Origin: an uncultured Spirochaetota bacterium
GTDB taxonomy: Bacteria > Spirochaetota > Brevinematia > Brevinematales > JAOACQ01
Reading direction: 5' to 3'
DNA: 64,000 bases
Assembly (NCBI GenBank): GCA_963783575.1
Contig: CAWAOD010000013.1
Location: forward strand, 228,826 to 292,825
Part shown: positions 63,895 through 64,000 of the stretch, in pieces
How positions within the stretch are numbered: position 1 is the stretch's first letter
Layout: each line of letters starts with the position of its first letter
Position numbers and translations under genes: made by a program
Notes under the pieces: model-generated
What the model was told of the DNA's origin: nothing
Database searches by the model: none
Seen by the model: the letters and a program-made list of their open reading frames with translations, nothing else

Positions 63895-64000
63895 ATGCCG
63901 GTTGCAAGCTATGAATATTCCGAGCTTTCTGAAAATCTGGACAGGCTGGAGCAGGAACTTTTGAATTTTGAAAAAAAAAGCGGGCAAAGGCAGGTTACTT
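63895..64000 (+). CDS. Possible CheA/Hpt-domain protein, N-terminus (runs off the window)
   Basis: GGAG RBS. MPVASYEYSELSENLDRLEQELLNFEKK resembles a P1/Hpt first helix and follows a CheY-like gene. Confidence 0.45.
   Translation, partial: MPVASYEYSELSENLDRLEQELLNFEKKSGQRQVT

Overview
A 64-kb, AT-rich bacterial chromosomal segment. It is probably from a spirochaete, because the 2716 ORF resembles the N-terminally extended spirochaete CheY type (inference). The backbone is housekeeping and envelope genes: trxB, rtcB-murF, hisF, a phosphohexomutase, a PlsC-type acyltransferase, ychF, pepF, pdxA, pdxB, two GT-C glycosyltransferases, outer-membrane barrels and regulators. Overlaid on it are four intact IS elements (two IS1182-like, one ISNCY/ISDol1-like, one IS110/IS1111-family), two MITEs and at least three families of palindromic REP-like repeats. 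Three of the four ISs and one MITE sit exactly in hairpin/REP loops. The strongest signal is the IS110-family element at 50911-52328. Its upstream non-coding end folds into a bridge/seek-RNA-like structure. The internal loops of that structure carry readable guides for the element's own insertion site and its circle junction, and the programmed target matches a motif of a host repeat family. Other notable items are a HAD-phosphatase-Smr fusion, a MITE and an IS stacked in one hairpin loop with a triplicated target, an IS-disrupted secreted ankyrin gene, a low-GC Ser/Thr kinase with one nonsense codon, and an RPH-like phosphotransferase under TetR control. About a dozen single-base frameshifts look like long-read consensus errors rather than true pseudogenes. 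No rRNA, tRNA or CRISPR array was seen.
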